The translations under genes were made by a program, and so were the position numbers. 64,000 nt of DNA, taken from the NCBI GenBank assembly GCA_038496445.1, contig JALMLS010000486.1:1-64000 (forward strand), in the 5' to 3' direction. Positions 1-13,097 of this stretch are shown here, one piece after another. The notes beneath the pieces were generated by a model. That model was not told where the DNA came from and did no database searches. It saw nothing but the letters and a program-made list of their open reading frames with translations. This stretch comes from Trichosphaerium sp. ATCC 40318 (Eukaryota > Protista > Tubulinea). Within the stretch, counting starts at the first letter, position 1, and every line of letters begins with the position of its first letter.

Positions 1-214
1 AAATATAATCACTTGTTAGAAAACTGTTAAATGCTTTATTTGTTGAAGCCAGACTAAGCAACGATCTATTGTCCAATATGAAGTCGCCTGATATTAACAT
101 TAGCTTAATACCATTAAGCCAATTATCGAAATACGTGCTCAAGTATTTCATCATTTCGTTGGGTAGTACAACTCCATTATTAGTTTCAAAGCCTTCAGCT
201 TGTCTTTTAATCAT
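1..214 (-). CDS. F-box protein, 5' part (copy of 49081-50243), cut by window edge
   Basis: Reverse complement of 49081-49294: MIKRQAEGFETNNGVVLPNEMMKYL...DNRSLLSLASTNKAF. Confidence 0.6.
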   Translation of the reverse strand, partial: MIKRQAEGFETNNGVVLPNEMMKYLSTYFDNWLNGIKLMLISGDFILDNRSLLSLASTNKAFNSFLTSDYI

Positions 215-620
215 TTTTGAAATATGTTGCGCGCGTGTCGGGGATAAATGAATAACAAGAGCAGGTGTTGATGATGTTACGATTGCTATAAATGAAAATA
301 TTACGCAACTTTGTACCACAGTCTCGTAGATTCAATACTTTTCAAAATCATTGATAGCAAGCACACGATAGAAATGGGCTTAGTAAACATGCTCGCACAA
401 ATACACCTAGATAAATAGCAGTTCATTTCAGATTGCCTTTTAAAAAAGTGTAATTCCGTGTCAAATATTCGGTGAATAATTAGTACATTGTACTACATTT
501 TGAATATCTCTACACTTCACTGCACGTTCCTTCACCATTTCAAAAAAATACTGACTTACGATTTCTGATTTCAATATCTTTTATTTACATGGCACGTTTT
601 AGTGGTGGGTTTCGTTCCGC

Positions 621-2279
621 TCAAGGTTTTGCAGTACACGTCAATTTATGTTTCGGCCTTTTGAAAAAAAAAAGGTAGAAAGTAAAACGAACTTGACTGA
701 ATATTTTGACGTACCATTGCAAGGCTTGGCATTCTCTAGAACAATATCTTAGACTTACATCTAGCACATCTGAAAAGGTCTTGTGACTTGCAACATACAT
801 CACATTGCATTGATAAATCAATATTGAAAAAATTAGGAACAACTTTCATTTCTTTGAAAAAAGTGCCAATGAAAGGATGTGGATGCAATGCACCCTGATC
901 AATAGTCCAAGATTCCCATTTCTTTATAAACTTTGAAAGAAAATTAGGGTCTCTGGCAGCATAATTGCTACGATTTGATACATTTGATAGCTTCTTTACC
1001 ATATCCTTTCTTATAAAAGTCATATGGTACATTTCAACTGAAGACCTGTCAAAAGCGTGAAACTTTTTGTAATTACATATCCGCCTAAAGAAAATATCAG
1101 TGGTCATTCTTAGTCGTGGAACAGTCTCAAACAAAAGGTCTGATGTTGGTTTGCGGTATTTTTTTCCAACTGATAAGAAATCGAGTTAATGTGATTTTAC
1201 CTTGTAGGATCTATTGTCGTAGGGCAAGGATGAGCAAGCCTAAAAGGCATACTTTTGCTCACTTTATAAATGAACGATACCGAGTTTGTTTCGTCCTTTG
1301 GGTGATACTCCCACGTTGGATACTTTGCGAATATGCGCATCCTAGAATGGTTTCAGAAAAGGCCACGAAAAAAACGAAATAACAATAAAGCTTGCAACTA
1401 AAGTTAAAGTGCTCACGTGATTTTTATTAATAAAAACCTATAACTAAAAGAACGATTCAACGTACTTGCAAGTTGTGACATCATAGTCATTCTGTAGTAC
1501 AATAACTTTTGCTCGAGATAGTTCTTCTTCTTTATAATATTCATCAGCATCAAGCGTCATAAAATGTGTACATCCCGCAGCCATACACCTGTTTCAAGAC
1601 AGTGAGTACTTTATATTTAAAAAAAAACCGCTAAACTTTATGTGTTGAAGCACAAAGCACAAATCCATCTTCGATACGAAGATAATGTCAAAAAAAGAAC
1701 AAACAACTTTTCAAACACGTGCCTTAGCCGGCCAAGCTCACGTTTCCATATCTCGTTTATAAATTGATCACCTATGGTACCTGGCGGTCCACCAATATCC
1801 GTTTCTCTACAATTAAAAATAAGCACGGCTGAATGTAAGCTTGAAAAGCAGTGAAATGGTGTCTCAATACGTTATTGGCATTGTTGGCTATTCATTTAAA
1901 GTGCAACCCAGCCAAGAAACCGTACGTTACTTGAGGTGATACCACAGCTGCCTTTTGAGCGTTTGTAAATGTTTTAGGCTCGTAAAACAGTAGTTCGTCC
2001 ACCAAGCCAATATCTTTTAGCCAGTTTAATAGAGAAACTAGTTTAGGGCTCGCCTATAACATATTTGTTAACCAAATCGTCTGTTTTGTCTGAATATTCA
2101 CCTTGTCACCAAAATTTGACGTTGTCTGGTACACAACAACGATGTGTTGAACTTGAGAGCGTATAGACCGAATAGAAGACTCAAGGAGCTCTTCGCAATC
2201 AAATACTGCATTAAAGCGTTAAATTTGCTTAAAAACAGTGCGTACAATTGTAACACGCGCCAAGCTTCATTGCAGCCAT
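621..2279 (-). CDS. GT-A fold glycosyltransferase-like protein with C-terminal MYND zinc finger (this copy has a 2-nt deletion near 750)
   Basis: Spliced MKLGACYNLFDCEELLESSIRSIR...THFMTLDADEYY (DxD motif)...CDVC...CARC. Frameshift relative to the copy at 47002-48665. Confidence 0.75.
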
Positions 2280-2665
2280 CTTTAATTCACTGTTTTATGT
2301 ACCACAAGACTTAACGCGCTGACATTTTATTTACAAACAGTGTTCTACTCAAAAAAAGCTTATTAGGCCATCATTGCATCACCACCTTATTCACCATTCG
2401 CGTGTTTGTAAGGTTATTTTCTTTTCACACTCACTGGCGGTAATTGATATTTCCAGTCATCTAATTGGTTGTTAGAAGAAAGAACAATACTCTGCGAAAT
2501 CTACTGCTACCTGAGGTGTGACACCAATAGCATTGCCCCTATAAGCTTGACCTACCATCGCTGTGCGATGTATAGGTTGTTGCTGACGCAACATTTGTTG
2601 TTGTTGTAAAGTACGGTTGCGTCTGTCAGCTAAACGAATAAAATGAGATTTTTCCTAAAAATGGT

Positions 2666-3218
2666 TTAATTTGACTTGCCCTTTTTCTTGTCGAGTAGTT
2701 GGCGCTCTTCGGTGTAGAGTAACCGCTGCATCAATAAGTCTTCTTCCTCTGCAACACGTCCTTCAAAAGCAAGGAGGCGTTTAGTAATCTCATCTTGAAG
2801 CTCTGTGGTTTTTTTAATCAAATCTTTTGACTTTGTTTCTAATTCTGTGTTCTCCGCTATTTTGAAATATGTGAGTGTTAATGGCGCCTCTATTATACGC
2901 GATACGCACATTTTTTACGCTCTTCATCATCCTTTTCAATAAATATGTGAAATGCTGCTAACCGCTTCCATTTGTCCTTGGGGCGTATGGTAAGTAATAT
3001 AATACAAATAACAAGAGATAATACCTCATTTGACGTGAATGGCGTCTTATAGTCTGGGCTGAACGCATTTTTGACATCTTGATTTATGGCTAGCTTTAAC
3101 CTTCAGGTTTAGCGCATACAAGATTAAATTAAATAACATACTTTCGCTTTTTTGTCTTTTCGGCTTCCTGTGCTACAGTGACGTTCTCAGCCGCATAATT
3201 TTGAGTGGTAGGCTGCAT
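2666..3218 (-). CDS. GLTSCR1/BICRA conserved-domain protein (start uncertain)
   Basis: Spliced AFSPDYKTPFTSNEDKWKRLAAFHIF...EEDLLMQRLLYTEER matches the GLTSCR1 motif PDYxTPFxSxxDxxxRLxxxH. Confidence 0.7.
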
Positions 3219-3503
3219 CTGATCAGTTCTTGCTATAGCAGATAGAAAATGTGCTTTTCGGTTCCCAGAGCTCAGTTACCAACGTTTACGTAGATAACCG
3301 TCTGTTTTTTGAACAATTTAGCAGCAACTGCTTCAAGGGCAAGTGGTGTTCGTTTATAACGCTAATACTTGTATACCAACCTGTTGTAAGGGTAGTAAAG
3401 AGCGCTCTTGGCATAAAAAAAAATCTGGCGCAAAAATATTCAAGATATTTCAGTATTGAATTTTTTGTTTTAGGACGCAACCCACCTCAATATCCGTATC
3501 ACG

Positions 3504-4295
3504 ATGGTACGTTTTACAATACATACCTACAAACGATGTCATCCGTAGTAACGCTCAATTCTAGGCGTCTATTACCTATCCAAATGATCCTGGTTTTACA
3601 TACATTCTACGTATTATGAACACAAACGTAGACGGCAAAAGAAAAGTCGATCACGCCATGACCGCTATCAAGGGTATTGGCTACCGTTTCTCTACTCTCG
3701 CTTGCAAAAAAGGTACGTGCTTCGCTATACACACTATGGGCGCTGCAAAGCGATACTCAGGAAAAACTTGAGGAAATCTGTTGTTCCGGATTGTTTCTTC
3801 GTATTTATGCTTATAAACGCCTAAAACGTATGTAGCTGAGATCGATCTACGCAAACGCGCTGGTGAATTGTCCCAAGAGGAAATTGAAAGGCTTGTAAAC
3901 GTTTTCCAACACCCAAAACAATTTGGTATTCCAAACTGGTTCCTCAACAGACAAAAGGATTTCAGAACTGGTGAATTTTCTCAAGTACTTGTCAATGGTC
4001 TTGATGTAAAAATGAGGTACGCTGTCACTGCAGCTTTTGTTTTTTGGAAGTGTAATTGTAACGCAACGACAAAACGCTTGCCAAATTTAAATAATTTCTA
4101 ATTTACCGCCACGTATATACTCACTACACGCGACAACGAGCTTACTTTGTTTCTTTTAGAGAGGATCTCATTCGCCTTAAAAAAATCCGTGCACACAGAG
4201 GTCTTCGTCATCACTGGCGCCTCCGAGTCCGCGGTCAACGCACAAAAACAACTGGCCGTCGTGGTTCTACCATTGGTTTCCAAAGGAAAAAGTAA
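3504..4295 (+). CDS. RPS18: 40S ribosomal protein S18 (uS13), 4 exons
   Basis: Spliced [29 protein letters not shown]...AIKGIG...KRAGEL...[11 protein letters not shown]...[24 protein letters not shown]; GTACG donors; TAA at 4293-4295. Confidence 0.97.
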
Positions 4296-4549
4296 AAAAA
4301 TTGATAATAATAAACAGCCGTATATTAATCCTGGCAACCATCTGTTTAACTTTTGTACAGTTTTCTTTAACGTTATGCAACAAAGAAATATGTCACCTTT
4401 TTTTGGCACGAAATTAACGCGGCGTAAAATCTCAATGGCAAACGGCTGTCACAAGGGCTCTCAAAGTAAAGCGCTCGTTTGATAATCGTTGACTTTTTCG
4501 ACGTCACCCTTTTTTTGTTTTTTTGTCAAGCACCTACAACCACAACACA

Positions 4550-5804
4550 ATGTCGAAAAAAGACGTACAACTCAACTTTGCTGAGGATTTCCTCCTCTCC
4601 GGTATTGCTGCCGTAACCTCAAAGACATGCGCTGCTCCAATCGAGCGTGTGAAATTGTTGGTACAAACCCAGGACGAAATGATCAAGTCTGGCCGTCTCC
4701 AGAAACCATACAAAGGTTTGATAGATTGTTTCACTCGTGTAGCCTCAGAGGAAGGTACGTAGGCCACCAGCTATCATTGTAGCTTCATTTGCGAACGAAC
4801 CGAGAACCCAGACTTGATCGAACGCTGGATCGTAAAAAGTCACTAAAAAAACTTTTCTTTCAACCTTTTGATACGCCAAATCGCTAGCAACCTCACTAAA
4901 TCTTTGCTAGGTATTGTTCCTTTCTGGCGTGGAAATTTAGCTAATTGCATTCGCTACTTCCCAACCCAAGCTCTTAACTTCTCCTTCAAGCCTCGCTTTA
5001 AGAAGTTGTTCGGTATGAAGAAAGAGAAATACGGTTACCCACTCTTTATGCTCGGTAACATCCTCTCTGGTGGTTTCGCTGGTACCGCTTCCCTCTTCTT
5101 CGTGTACTCCCTTGATTTCGCTCGTACACGGTACGTACATTCCTCCCAAAACGCTTTTTTTGATTTAATTTACACTTACGTTCCCATTTTCTTTAATAAA
5201 CTCACTTTTCTTGTAGTCTCGCTTCTGACGCAAAGAGCGCAAAGAAGGGCGCTGGTGAACGCCAATTCAACGGCCTTGCCGATGTCTACAAAAAGATCTA
5301 CAAGGCTGATGGTATCCAAGGTCTCTACAGAGGTTTCGGTATCTCATGTGCTGGTATCTTCATCTACCGTGGTTTCTACTTCGGTCTTTACGATTCCGTC
5401 ACTGCCGTTCTTCCTGAGAACATGCAGGGTAACTTCTTCATCAAGTACGTGATTGTCTCGTTTTTCAGTTGTGTTTTGTTTTGAAAATACCTTATTTTTG
5501 CCTCTCTTTTGTATTTATCGGCTAATTTGCCATTAGCTTCGCCATCGGTTGGGTTGTCACCACCACTGCAGGTCTTATGTCCTACCCTGTCGATACCGTT
5601 CGTCGTAGAATGATGATGTCTTCAGGAGAAAAGGTCAAATACAACAGCACCATGGAGTGTGCTCAAGCCATCTTGAAGAACGAAGGTGTCCCATCTTTCT
5701 TCAAAGGAGCTGGCGCCAACGTCCTCCGTGGTGTCGCAGGTGCTGGTGTACTTGCTGGATTCGATGTACTCAAATCCGCCTACATTTCTGCTACTAGATC
5801 TTAA
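4550..5804 (+). CDS. ANT: Mitochondrial ADP/ATP carrier, 4 exons
   Basis: [41 protein letters not shown] and the RRRMMM signature. Confidence 0.97.
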
Positions 5805-7816
5805 GTATGCTTTATAAATACTGCTTGACAGTTCCATTAGTACAACTACGGTATACAATTTTAAGTTACAATAAACGGTGCTTCGTCTTTTATTTCGTTC
5901 AGTTATTTGCGAAGCTTGCAAGTTGCCGCGGCCGCTTTGTCGGTTATTTAATTTACTTTCATTGCGTTGTGCAGGTAGTGTAATTGAGTTGTTGAACGAC
6001 CTGACGTCACTGGACATGTGCGACTTATCTTGGCGGCTTGTATGGTTGCCTTTACTTTGTTGGCAGCAACGGTTCACTTCAAGGACCGTTCCAGTTTTCG
6101 GGTATTTTCCGAAACAGCAAAGGTTGGCCATTTAGTTTGCAGATGGGAATGTCATGAAATTGACATTGTTTTTGCACTACATGTTAGTCCAGGATTAGGT
6201 ATTTCTGGTCAGTTTTTGCCTAAAAAAGTCGCGGCCTACCACGGGCCTTTTGTCCTGCAGAGACTTGATATTTTATACAGGCGTACTTTTACTGTGATTT
6301 CCATCATCCATCTTACACCTAGGGAACGTACCTTTATTGTGACGTCCGTCCATCTTGTATCTATAGGGACTAGACCAAACGTACCTTTTAATGTATCCCA
6401 CTGAAGTCCCATGGCCCTTAATAGACACTACACACCTTTGAAGACCTACTCGGATAGTGCACATTAGGTTCTAGAATATAAATGGCTACTTTCGGTCCGT
6501 GGCTGGGTGTCCATTGAAGGACAGATCAGCACCTCTCAGATGCGATCCAGTACAAATAAAAACTGTTCACCTTTTGTCACCGTCAAACTATCCAAAAAAT
6601 AAATAGTGGTTTTTAATATTCCAGGACGATAGCACACACAACATAGAGTATTTTCATGGGGTAAACGCATTGGTGCAATTGATCTAGGTACTGCGGTGGA
6701 TACAAATTTCACAGAAATTTCTATCGAATTCGACAAATATCTTGACAAACGACACAAATATGTGTTGTCATTGAGCACGGTGACCCTCCCGCACACCTTT
6801 ATTTATCATCTACAGTAAAACCTAAAAGACATGAAGTAGAATTGCGGACTAATCTGTTGTGAACCGGCATTTGATACCGTTGATGCTTTTAAACATGGGT
6901 TTCAAGCGAAATCTATTGTTTTCTTGAGGTTTGTTATTCGACTGGAGACGTATTTCGTTGCAATTAGCCATGCTTTGTAAAGTCATCAATGGCGACTATT
7001 GGATCGACTCTATGGCTACGAACGTAAAGACCGCTGTTTTTAGTGAGAGCAAAAACAATATTTGAATATTATTTTCACACCCTTCCAATATTGCACACCA
7101 AGTTAGCAAGGCACGTACCGCTGTTGGCTTTGAGATCCTCCCGCCTGATACAAAATTAGTTTATAAAGCGGGCGTTCACAGTATCCGTATGCCACCCAAC
7201 GCACGAAGGCCTACACGCAGAAGGTATCAAAGGACGCAAGTAAAATACCACCCAGCACTACCCAGAGTAATGCTCCTCATGTTCATGCTACACGTTTGTC
7301 AACCTTACGACGAGGTATGAAGGGATACTTAAATAATAGTTGAAGTTAAGTTCTACGTGCTTACAAATCTTCAACCACAAGAAAAGATGCAATAACGCCC
7401 TGATTTCCAGTGGTGACTTCGCAAAACTATTACAAAGCATGTCATGCGTCTAGTGTAGATGTGACTATAACTCTAACTCATCAGTTCAATAACACACTAT
7501 AAATGATCGTTGTTTCGGCCACTATGTTAATGCGAAGTATACATACCGAACCAAAATGACGTGCACAGCTGTTTTTGACCTAAACGCCACCAAAAAAAGG
7601 ATCAAACGGCGTCTGACGCTATAGTACGCGTTCTTTAATTATTTTAACCCACATGTAATGCGTTTTTGCCAGCTAACACAAAAAAAAAAAAGGTCTATAA
7701 ATGAGAAGATCACGTTTTTTGAAACGGGGTATTAACAAATAGCCTAAAAACAACGTGACTTTATTTTGCCGGTTAACTGTTACATTTTCTTCTTTTGTTG
7801 TTGTTGCTGTAACAGT

Positions 7817-8002
7817 TTATGCAGCGAGGTGAGCAGGTTGTCTGTTGTCATTAGCAGCTTCTGGTTTGTGTTCATTTTGATTTTGTTTTCTGCTTCCTTC
7901 ATCCTTGCCTGATGGCGGCTTTGTGTCCTTTCTCTTCCCTTTGTTTTTGCCTTTGCCTTTTCCTTTCCCCTGTCCACTTTCACCTTTTGGTTGGCTTGAC
8001 AT
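7817..8002 (-). CDS. Small Lys/Gly-rich hypothetical protein (61 aa)
   Basis: ATG-initiated ORF MSSQPKGESGQGKGKGKGKNKGKRK...; lies in a segment absent from the inner tandem units; no recognisable domain. Confidence 0.35.
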   Translation of the reverse strand: MSSQPKGESGQGKGKGKGKNKGKRKDTKPPSGKDEGSRKQNQNEHKPEAANDNRQPAHLAA

Positions 8003-8460
8003 TTCGTAGAATATTTGTTCGAATACTGTGCTGTGAGTGGTTGTTGATATTGAATGTATGATTGCAACTATCACGTGAATTTGGTAAACTAATTGATCAC
8101 AACATCTTTATTGTTCGCAACAGCTAGTGTCTTGTTATGATGTACTTCATGCGGAGTTACATTTCTTGGTAGTAAACTTGAATACGTGAATTGGTGATGG
8201 TTTGGCTTCCGTTTGGTCATTTGTGTTTGCTCTGGTACTATTGGAAAACTGCCACACTCTTCAACGACGTTTGTTCACTACTATTCAACGGCCTGTCATT
8301 TGTACTAGTAGATTGTTCTTATCTCATCTCACTATTCATTTGTCAGATATTCTGAGTTAATAACAAGACACGTGCTTCAAAGTATTGAATAAGCACGACT
8401 AACTTGCATACAAAAGTTCTAACTATAGTAATTTCTTTTCTTGGGGTTGTGCAGTAACTG

Positions 8461-10191
8461 ATGAATTTGTATCTGTCCTTTTGTGGTTTTTTGGCGCTAT
8501 TATTAATGTGCGGGAGCGCATTGAATCAAGATGTGCCTTCAAAACAGAGCACGATCCTCTTTATTGTTAGTCCTTTTAGTACAACAAAATTTATGTTTTT
8601 AAACGCTAATTTAGTTTCGAAGTTCTTTTAACTAACCTGTATTTCGCCAGGTACAAGACTGCGGCAATGATACAAGTCTCAGTGACAAGGTTGTTTTGGA
8701 AATTATAGAGGGCGACGGATTTAATGTGGAGTGTACTACGGGCGCGGATTTACGGCACAAGAGCGTTGAACCGCTAAACGAATACGGAGCAATAGTGAGT
8801 CGCCTTTTTACCCTTTTTTCTTCCCAAGCCATAGTTTGAATGCATATTTGTTGCGCTTCACGTGGTGACGGCTCACCAAAAAGGAAAAAAGATATTTTTC
8901 TATCCACTGATTTTCATACTTTAGGTAATATCAGAAAGTATTACAAGTCATCACCTAGATGAATCCATTTTTCAACTTGACGTACCCATTTTGTGTTATG
9001 AAGTTTCTCTATACCATCGTATGCAACCTGATTCGTCCGGGGAAAGAGGAGGTAAGTCCTATGAGCCAGTAAAACTAGTTTCGTAACAAAAACAATAGTA
9101 ACGAACAGTTTCACGGACAGTATTACTATAGTCGACTCGGAGAGTATTCTTGCAGCTGGATTTCATGGGAACACGACAGTTCTTAATAAAACATGGAGAT
9201 TAAACTCTATAAACTTGAAGGGGAACCTTTCACAAGGTGGTAGAGTTATTGCAAGAGCAACATTTGCGCCGTACAAACCTTCGTACTTTGTATTTGAAAA
9301 GGTACATATATCACGTGTTTCTGTTGTTCAAATAAATGCAATATTTAACTTGTGTAGGGTGACCAAATGAACTCAGGTCCAGCAGTTAATTGTAGAATTG
9401 GGTTCTTCATTGGCGATGACTCTGGACAGTTTTTGAATGAAAACGGAAAAAAATTGTTACTTGCTGCTGTAAGATACACATTTAATTGTAGTAGTGGTTG
9501 TATAGACGAAAAGCCTTACGAAAACGCTGTATGTAAAGGGGAAGAATGGATTGTCAACAATACTGTAATATTGGGAAACAAGTCAATTGTAATTAATACT
9601 ACTTTGACAATTATCGGAAATCTGGTTGTTGATTCAACAAGTGTCCTTACTATCGAGTCTGGGGCTACAGTTACGTCTCACAATATCCCTTGATATATTT
9701 GAATCGATACTAACATAAATATTTCAGCTGATAGTCACAGGATGTGTAGATTTACAAGGGACTATTATTGTTGATGGCACATTTAACAATGGATCAAACA
9801 TTACATTAGTTTCCATTGAAAACGAAGTATGTGTTAATATAGACAATGTAACAGTGATAACTAAGTCGGGTGATCAATGCGTGAATATAGCAGTGCGAAG
9901 CAAGGCAATATTATTACATTTATGTCTAGACCCAGAACAGGTAAAACAAACCAAAAAACTTAGACTGTTTTTTTTTTCTTACTAGTTTTTTAACAGAATG
10001 GCGACCTTGATGATTCAGGATCCAAGTATTTTATTGCTATTGTTGTAGGCGTTTGTGTATTCATTCTGTTAGTAGCGATGATTTTGATCATAACAAGTTT
10101 ATTCATACCTCGTGTGAGAGAGAAGGTTTTTCCTTTCAGAGCATACAATAAAACAATGGTTGATAAGAATGTAAATGTACAAACAACGTAA
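8461..10191 (+). CDS. Type I membrane protein, tandem copy L1 (signal peptide, alpha/beta ectodomain, beta-rich stalk, TM, short tail)
   Basis: Spliced MNLYLSFCGFLALLLMCGSA...IVISESITS...VPILCYE...ILAAGFHG...RIGFF...LNENGKKLLLAAVRY...YFIAIVVGVCVFILLVAMILIITSLFI-PRVREKVFPF; GT-AG introns keep the frame. Confidence 0.8.
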
Positions 10192-11350
10192 TAATAAAAC
10201 TTATAAAGAGCAGTGTTATGGTTACAATATGTTATATAGCGGAGTGAAACTATAGGTTATATTGTTTCGCATTCAACTAGCCAAAACTTCCAAGTTTCCA
10301 CCTGGTGTGGTTGGTGCATGGTAAAGAAAGAAATTCGTATGAAGTTTCTGTTTTGTGATGTTCAGTAGCCTAAATCACGGTCTTTTTCTACCACTGGTTG
10401 AGATTGTAAGGCACAATTCATAGTACTTGTTTGCGGTACAAAAACATCTTATCGGTGATTGATAATCGCAAAGCGAATTCCTAGAAGTGTTGGTTATCAG
10501 TTGCTAATTTTTTTCCAGGTTTTTTTTTCTATTGGCAATATTATTACACAAAGTCACTATAACTTTTATAAGTTCCAAATGTTGTAAACCTTTACTGAGT
10601 ATTTATCCTACATGCATGTGTTTTTACAGCTACCCAGAATATGGTTGAGGTGCTGAAATTTAATGGGAAAACTTTTTGAAAGAAGCAGCTATTATTTTGC
10701 TTCTCTGTATCAACACATCCTCATATTTCGCTATGCTGTCCGCTTCAACGTAAAAATCCTCGTGAAAATTTTTCAAAATTGGTTAATTTTGTGCATTGTA
10801 AACCCAGCCTTAAGTTCTACGTGCTTACAAATCTTCAACCACAAGAAAAGATGCAATAAAACCCGATTGTACGTTCCATAAACCATTACAGATTATTCGT
10901 CATAAGAAGCGTGATTTCAATGGTGACTTCGCAAAACTATTACAAAGCATGTCATGCGTCAGTGCAGGTGTGACTGTAACTCTAACTCATCAGTTCAATA
11001 ACACATTATAAATGATCGTTGTTTTGGCCACTAAGTTTGCGACGTATACATACACCGCATGGTTTGGCTTCCGTATGTTTATTTGTGTTTGCTCTGTGGC
11101 AATTCCACTGTTGGAAAACTGTCATACTTTTCAATGACATTTGTTACATTGAACAGCCTGTCATTTGTACATGTGAACAGTATCCAGTTAGAGGTGAAAG
11201 GAAAGTAGTTGCTATATTGTTCTCATCTCACTGTTCATTTGTCAGATATTCTGAGTTAATAACAAGACACGTGTTTCAAAGTATTGAATAAGTACGACTA
11301 GCTTGCATACAAAAGTTATAATTTCTTTTCTTGGGGTCGTGCAGTAACTG

Positions 11351-13097
11351 ATGAGTTTGTATCTGTCCTTTTGTGGTTTTTTGGCGCTATTATTAATGTG
11401 CGGGAGCGCATTGAATCAAGATGTGCCTTCAAAACAGAGCACGATCCTCTTTATTGTTAGTCCTTTGAATACAACAAATTAAATTTGAAAACGCTAATTT
11501 AGTTTCGAAGTTCTTTTAACTAACCTGTATTTCGCCAGGTACAAGACTGCGGCAATGATACAACTCCCAGTGACAAGGCTATTTTGAAAATTATAGAGGA
11601 CGATGGATTTAATGTAGATTGTACTACGGGCGTGGATTTACGGTACTCGAGCCTCGAGCCGTTAAACGAATACGGAGCAATAGTGAGTCGCCTTTTTACC
11701 CTTTTTTCTTCCCAAGCCATAGTTTGAATGAATATTTATTGCGCTTCACGTGGTGACTGCTCATACCAAAAAGGAAAAAAGATTTTGTTTATCTATCCAC
11801 TGATTTTCATACTTTAGGTAATTTCAGAAAGTATTAGAAGTCATCACCTAAATAAATCCATTTTTCAACTTGACGTACCCATTTTGTGTTATGAAGGTGC
11901 TCTATACCATCGTATGAAACCTGATTCGTCTGGGGGAAAAGGAGGTAAGTCCTATGAGCCAGTAAAACTAGTTTCGTAACAAAAACAATAGAAATGAACA
12001 TTACAACGGACAGTATTACCATAGTCGACTCGGAAAGTATTCTTGCAGCTGGATTTCATGGGAACACTACAGTTCTTAATAAAAAATGGAATTTATACTC
12101 TATAAACGTGAATGGGAGTCTTTCACAAGGTGGTAGAGTTATTGCAAGAGCAACATTTGCTCCGTACAAACCTTCGTACTTTGTATTTGAAAAGGTACAT
12201 ATCACGTGTTTATGTTGTTCAAATAAATACAATATTTAACTTGTTTGTAGGGTGACCAAATGAAGTCAGGTCCAGCAGTTAATTGTAGAATTGGGTTCTT
12301 CATTGGCGATGACTCTGGAACGTTTTTGAATGAAAACGGAAAAAAATTGTTACTCGCTGCTGTAAGATACACTTTTAATTGTAGTAACGCTTGTATTGAC
12401 GAAAAGCCTTACGAAAACGCTGTATGTAAATGGGGGGAATGGATTGTCAACAATACTGTAATATTGGGAAACAAGTCAATTGTAATTAACACTACTTTGA
12501 CAATTATCGGAAATCTGGTTGTAGATTCAACAAGTGTCCTTACTATTGAGTCTGGGGCTACAGTTACGTCTCACAATATCCCTTGATATATTTGTATCCA
12601 TACTAACGTATATATATTTCAGCTGATAGTCACAGGATGTGTAGATTTACAAGGGACTATTGTTGTTGATGGCACATTTAACAATGGATCAAACATTACA
12701 TTGGTTTCCATTGAAAACGAACTATGTGTCAATATAGACAATGTAACAGTGATAAATAAGTCGGGTGATCAATGCGTGAACATAGCAGTGCGAAGCAAGG
12801 CGATATTATTACATTTATGTCTAGACCCAGAACAGGTAAAACAAACCAAAAAAACTTACACTGTTTTTTTTTCTCTTACTAGTTTCTTAACAGAATGGCT
12901 ACCTTGATGATTCAGGATCCAAGTATTTTATTGCTATTGTTGTAGGCGTTTGTGTATTCATTCTGTTAGTAGCGATGATTTTGATCATAACGAGTTTATT
13001 CATACCTCGTGTGAGGGAGAAGGTTTTTCCTTTCAGAGCGTACAATAAAACAAGGTCAATGGTTGATAAGAATGTAAATGTACAAACAATAACATAA
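11351..13097 (+). CDS. Type I membrane protein, tandem copy L2
   Basis: Paralog of 8461-10191 at a 2890-bp period with the same exon structure. Confidence 0.8.

Noticed and set aside
736-760. Frameshift in the left GT-MYND copy as evidence of pseudogenisation
   Set aside because: The first ~1.1 kb of the left arm is 14 nt shorter than its mirror through several scattered 1-3 nt deletions. That pattern fits low-coverage consensus error, so it cannot be called biological without reads.
5878-7300. ORFs at 5878, 6018, 6273 and 6536 and a short imperfect repeat (tccatctt...aacgtaccttt)
   Set aside because: No coherent spliced model or domain; the 6536 ORF is frameshifted between arms; only two degenerate repeat units.
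7780-7830. Stop-codon reassignment suggested by the open frame after TAA in the Lys/Gly-rich ORF
   Set aside because: RPS18 and ANT end at TAA in the expected positions, other genes end at TAG or TGA, and conserved exons contain no in-frame stops.
10663-11291. ORFs in the inter-unit region of the array
   Set aside because: Frames are broken differently among copies, implying non-coding or decayed sequence.
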